This document shows positions 60,491 through 64,000 of a stretch of DNA of 64,000 bases, one piece after another. The stretch lies in assembly GCA_021298155.1 (NCBI GenBank), contig JAJTEN010000010.1:824-64823 (forward strand), written 5' to 3'. Numbering within the stretch: the first letter of the stretch is position 1; each line of letters starts with the position of its first letter. The translations under genes were made by a program, and so were the position numbers. Below the pieces are notes generated by a model that was given only the letters and a program-made list of their open reading frames with translations, searched no databases and was not told the origin of the DNA. Source of the stretch: Sphingobacteriales bacterium. Its GTDB lineage: Bacteria; Bacteroidota; Bacteroidia; UKL13-3.

Positions 60491-62218
60491 ATGAAGAACC
60501 TAATTTCCTTCCTTACTTGTTTGGTGCTTGGTGTTATTTTACTCGGCTACCGAGATGCCTACCCAAACAAACAAAGCGGTGAACCTCTTAAAATTACAAC
60601 TTGGGACGCCTATGGATATTACTTGCATTTGCCTGCTATACTTATTTATAAAGATGTAAAAAAACTTTCCTTCCAAGATAGTACCGACCAAAAATATCAG
60701 CTTTCTGGGGGAAATTTTTACCAAGCAAACATTCATGAAAAAACAGGAAATTATGTGTTCAAATACCTAAGTGGCGTTTCCATTATTCATTTACCCCTCT
60801 TTCTTGTTGCACATGCATATGCTCTAAATAGTAATTATTTGCCAGATGGATTTTCTCCACCATACCAGCATGCCATTGGGTTTGGGGTAGTAATCTATGC
60901 CATTCTGGCTTTGTTTATCCTAAGATCGGTATTGTTAAACTATTTCTCAGACACAATTACAAGCATTAGTTTAAGTGTTGTAATTCTAGCTACCAATGCT
61001 ATACAATACATTTCAATTGATAGTGCACAAAGTCATGCACCCATCTTTTTATTGTATTGCATTATTTTATGGCTGACCCAAAAGTGGCACGAAAACCCAC
61101 GTTTCTTAACCGCATTTCTATCTGGATGTATTATTGGATTGGCAACCATATCTCGTCCAACAGAAGCCATTATGGTTTTGATTCCCATTTTATGGAATAC
61201 ACATACCAAAGAAGCAGCACGTGAAAAATGGAATTTGGTAAAAATGAATCTGCCTATGGTTTATTTGGCAGCTCTCGGCGGTATTATTGGAATATTACCT
61301 CAATTGGTTTATTGGCAATATGTAACTGGTTTTTTTATTTATGATGTAGGTAGTGCTTGGCGCTTTTTAAATCCCTTTTTCAGGGTATTATTTGGGTTCG
61401 AGAAAGGCTGGTTTATATACACACCCGTTACCCTATTTTTTGTAATCGGTTTTTTTTATATGAGAGAATTTCCTTTCAAAAAATCAGTTCTTTGGTTCTG
61501 TTTACTGAATATTTGGATTATCATTTCTTGGAGTGACTGGAAATACGGTGGCAGTTACTCAACCCGAGCCTTAATGCAAAGTTATCCGGTGTTTCTATTG
61601 GCATTCTCAGCCCTATTGCAACGCTATTGGCTTGGTTCAGCCAGATATATAATAGCTGTTTTATTGATCTTTTTAACAGGTTTGAATTTATTTCAGATTA
61701 ATCAATACAACAAAACAGTCTTGCATTATTATGATATGAACCGAGCCTATTATTCAGAAATATTTTTGAACCCAAATGTGAGTCCGCTGCAAAAAAGTTT
61801 ATTGGATAACCCAGATTGGATATCAGATGAAGGCGATTATTCGAAGAGGGTACTCGATAGTAAAGCACAAGTTGTTGAATTCAAATCGCGCACAGATTCT
61901 ATTCCACCTTTCTATCAAAAGCGGCTTAATATAGCTGATGCTACTTTTATAAAAGTGAGTCTGCAACTAAAAGGAAAATCGGGATTAGGCGGGGCTTACC
62001 TGAATTGTGCAATCAGCACAGATGCCGAGAAAAAAGTTAACCGAATACGTTTAAGTTACCCTCAGGTAAAATACAATGAATTTAATGCATATAGTTTTTA
62101 CATAGAAAAGCCTGCGCATTTTAAAGAAACAGATTTAGCCTTGTTCATTGATACACATGCTGAAATTGATTTTGTGATAAAAGAGTTAAAAATCGAAGGA
62201 TTAACTAAGGCAAATTAA
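60491..62218 (+). CDS. Polytopic membrane protein, GT-C-like (putative glycosyltransferase)
   Basis: About 576 aa from ATG 60491 (MKNLISFLTCLVLGVILLG). There are at least 10 TM helices, a first-loop acidic/aromatic motif TWDAYGYYLHLP, and a soluble C-terminal domain of about 150 aa. Confidence 0.55.
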   Translation: MKNLISFLTCLVLGVILLGYRDAYPNKQSGEPLKITTWDAYGYYLHLPAILIYKDVKKLSFQDSTDQKYQLSGGNFYQANIHEKTGNYVFKYLSGVSIIHLPLFLVAHAYALNSNYLPDGFSPPYQHAIGFGVVIYAILALFILRSVLLNYFSDTITSISLSVVILATNAIQYISIDSAQSHAPIFLLYCIILWLTQKWHENPRFLTAFLSGCIIGLATISRPTEAIMVLIPILWNTHTKEAAREKWNLVKMNLPMVYLAALGGIIGILPQLVYWQYVTGFFIYDVGSAWRFLNPFFRVLFGFEKGWFIYTPVTLFFVIGFFYMREFPFKKSVLWFCLLNIWIIISWSDWKYGGSYSTRALMQSYPVFLLAFSALLQRYWLGSARYIIAVLLIFLTGLNLFQINQYNKTVLHYYDMNRAYYSEIFLNPNVSPLQKSLLDNPDWISDEGDYSKRVLDSKAQVVEFKSRTDSIPPFYQKRLNIADATFIKVSLQLKGKSGLGGAYLNCAISTDAEKKVNRIRLSYPQVKYNEFNAYSFYIEKPAHFKETDLALFIDTHAEIDFVIKELKIEGLTKAN

Positions 62219-62220
62219 GT

Positions 62221-63120
62221 ATGGGTAAATACACATTACAGGAATCTGATTTCTTACAGATTTCAAACTTAGAATTACTGGCCAAACAAGTAGTTGAGGG
62301 GTTTCTAACCGGCTTGCATAAGAGTCCCTATCATGGCTTCTCGGTTGAATTTGCCGAACATCGCCAATATAATCATGGAGAAAGCACCAAAAATATAGAT
62401 TGGAAACTATTTGCACGCACAGATAAGTTGTTCGTAAAACGCTTCGAGGAAGAAACCAATTTACGGTGTCAGTTAGTGATAGACACCTCGGGATCTATGT
62501 ATTATCCTATTGATACTATGAGTAAAATTAGGTTCAGTATTATTGCTGCAGCCTCGCTAATTCAACTAATGAAAAAGCAAAGAGATGCATCAGGAATTTC
62601 ATTGTTTAACGATGAATTGTGGTTTCATAGTCAGGCAAAATTAAATGTAACCCATCAGAAGTTATTGTATTCAAAATTGCAATCTTGCTTGGCCGAACCC
62701 AAAGAAAATAAGGGTAGTAATATTGCGAAAACCTTGCATTACTTGGCCGAAGGACTACATAAACGATCTATGGTTATTGTGTTTAGTGATTTTTTTCAAA
62801 GCGATCAAGCAGCTATGTTTGAAGCTTTAAAGCACCTAAAATACAACAAACACGAAGTCATACTATTCGATGTTCAAGACAAGAATCAAGAACTAGATTT
62901 TATATTCGATAATAGGCCGTATATTTTCAAAGATAGTGAAACTGGTGAAGAGCTAAAATTGCACCCAAATGCCGTAAAAGAAATGTATTATCAAAATTAT
63001 AATGCCTATAAAGAAGCCATACAAATAAAATGTATGCAATACAAAATCGACTACCATCAAGCCATCATAGGCTCAGATTTCAATCAGGTATTGCAAACAT
63101 TTATAATGAAGCGCAATTAA
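62221..63120 (+). CDS. DUF58 (vWA-like) domain protein
   Basis: 299 aa with HKSPYHGFSVEFAEHRQY and DWKLFARTDKLFVKRFEEE blocks and a VIDTSGSM MIDAS-like start, all characteristic of DUF58. It starts 2 nt after the upstream gene. Confidence 0.8.
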   Translation: MGKYTLQESDFLQISNLELLAKQVVEGFLTGLHKSPYHGFSVEFAEHRQYNHGESTKNIDWKLFARTDKLFVKRFEEETNLRCQLVIDTSGSMYYPIDTMSKIRFSIIAAASLIQLMKKQRDASGISLFNDELWFHSQAKLNVTHQKLLYSKLQSCLAEPKENKGSNIAKTLHYLAEGLHKRSMVIVFSDFFQSDQAAMFEALKHLKYNKHEVILFDVQDKNQELDFIFDNRPYIFKDSETGEELKLHPNAVKEMYYQNYNAYKEAIQIKCMQYKIDYHQAIIGSDFNQVLQTFIMKRN

Positions 63121-63127
63121 TCGGTGC

Positions 63128-64000
63128 TTATCGAATAATGGATATTTTATTGGTGCTTACTAGTCTATTTTTATCATCAAATATTCTTAGCACGTAAATA
63201 CCCGCTTGCAATGATGAAATATCCATGGAATTGCCACTGGTGGTGACTTGAATAGATCCAGTAATTCCGGTTAATTCGGCTTTATAAATTCCAGGTTTTT
63301 CAAGCACAAAATTCAACTCATTAGCAGCAGGATTTGGGAATACTTTAATAGCATTTATCTTCTTTTCATTGGTATGAATACTCGCTAAAATACTAATGAA
63401 TAAAGTATCAGAATTGGTGTTACCATTCACATACAAGGTATCGGCATCGCAATAACGAACCTGCAATTCTCTTCCCTGTGAGGTATCATTACATAATTCA
63501 CTTTTTGCGATTAAACGCAAGGCCACATTATGATGTCCTACTCTCACTTGGTTAATGTTAAGCACATTCGTTTGTGTGCCGCTATAACTTGCATTTGCAG
63601 GTATATTCATCCAGCCTAATTGTAAAGGATTAATTTGCCATTGGTAGTTTCTATTCGAGAATGATGGTCCCGTTACAATGGCATTTTCACCTACATTATA
63701 AATAGGTTTTGAAACCGTTATTGGAAACCTTGGATTACATCCTGCGTTTGTATACAGTAATTCCAATTGGCCAGGTGTTAATCGTCTATTCCAAATTCCA
63801 ATTTCATCAATACTTCCTTTAAAATATTCATTAGCTCCACCTAAACTATATCCAATCAATAAATTTTGGTTTGAATAACCAATAGTACCTGTAAATGCCA
63901 TCGCTGTATCGAGTCTGCCGTTAATATATAATCTCATTTGACCATCTCCCAAAACAGCAGTAATCATAATGGTATCTTTATCCGGATACGTTTCTCTGGC
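63128..64000 (-). CDS. LamG/concanavalin-like domain protein with T9SS C-terminal sorting domain (N-terminus beyond right edge)
   Basis: The reading frame stays open upstream of the track's Met to base 64000 (...ARETYPDKDTIMITAV...). LamG-type motif YFKGSIDEIGIWNRRLTPGQLELLY. C-terminal KVFPNPAANELNFVLE...GIYVLRIFDDKNRLVSTNKISIIR is a T9SS CTD. Confidence 0.75.
   Translation of the reverse strand, partial: ARETYPDKDTIMITAVLGDGQMRLYINGRLDTAMAFTGTIGYSNQNLLIGYSLGGANEYFKGSIDEIGIWNRRLTPGQLELLYTNAGCNPRFPITVSKPIYNVGENAIVTGPSFSNRNYQWQINPLQLGWMNIPANASYSGTQTNVLNINQVRVGHHNVALRLIAKSELCNDTSQGRELQVRYCDADTLYVNGNTNSDTLFISILASIHTNEKKINAIKVFPNPAANELNFVLEKPGIYKAELTGITGSIQVTTSGNSMDISSLQAGIYVLRIFDDKNRLVSTNKISIIR

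Noticed and set aside
1-64000. CRISPR arrays, rRNA/tRNA genes, IS elements, integrases, prophage remnants
   Set aside because: No regularly spaced direct repeats, no cloverleaf candidates in the short spacers, and no transposase- or integrase-like ORFs in any frame of the track.

Overview
AT-rich chromosomal segment that looks like Bacteroidota: there are T9SS C-terminal sorting domains, a long-form Wza, a CarboxypepD_reg-type TonB receptor, an extended S16 and TAnnTTTG -7 boxes. Coding density is very high, with many ATGA/TAATG start-stop overlaps and four convergent gene pairs whose ends touch or overlap. Layout: (i) 1-15.3 kb is a Wzx/Wzy-type surface-polysaccharide locus, almost all on the minus strand. 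It holds wza, a Wzz-like gene, a Wzy-like gene, wzx, a DegT aminotransferase, a hexapeptide acetyltransferase, 4 GT2, 2 GT-B glycosyltransferases and a methyltransferase, and continues past the left edge. (ii) 15.4-20 kb holds a TonB-dependent receptor converging on an ArnT-like GT-C plus PAP2 phosphatase operon. (iii) 20-64 kb is mostly housekeeping: a TPR giant with a beta-barrel, murA, grpE-dnaJ, ABC-2 and MFS transporters, rimM-rpsP, purB, rseP, dxr, a GH3-like gene, DUF4139, an acyl-CoA carboxyltransferase, an SNF2 helicase, dapF, htrA, lysA, a DUF853 ATPase, an HTH-Fic gene, dnaE, trxA, a GT-C-like membrane protein with DUF58, and two T9SS cargo proteins. I saw no rRNA, tRNA, CRISPR, transposase or integrase, and no convincing multi-gene defence or novel enzymatic system. 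The signals I would follow up are at the DNA level. First, an over-represented, strand-asymmetric motif family TTGAACCAA / GGTT(Y)GAACC(AAA), including one identical 14-mer in three unrelated genes. Second, a 130-bp element of inverted heptamer repeats between htrA and lysA. Third, a lysA ORF that stops exactly at the conserved AGAY motif. Fourth, a hairpin whose loop holds the stop codons of two convergent genes. All motif counts come from manual scanning and must be recomputed.
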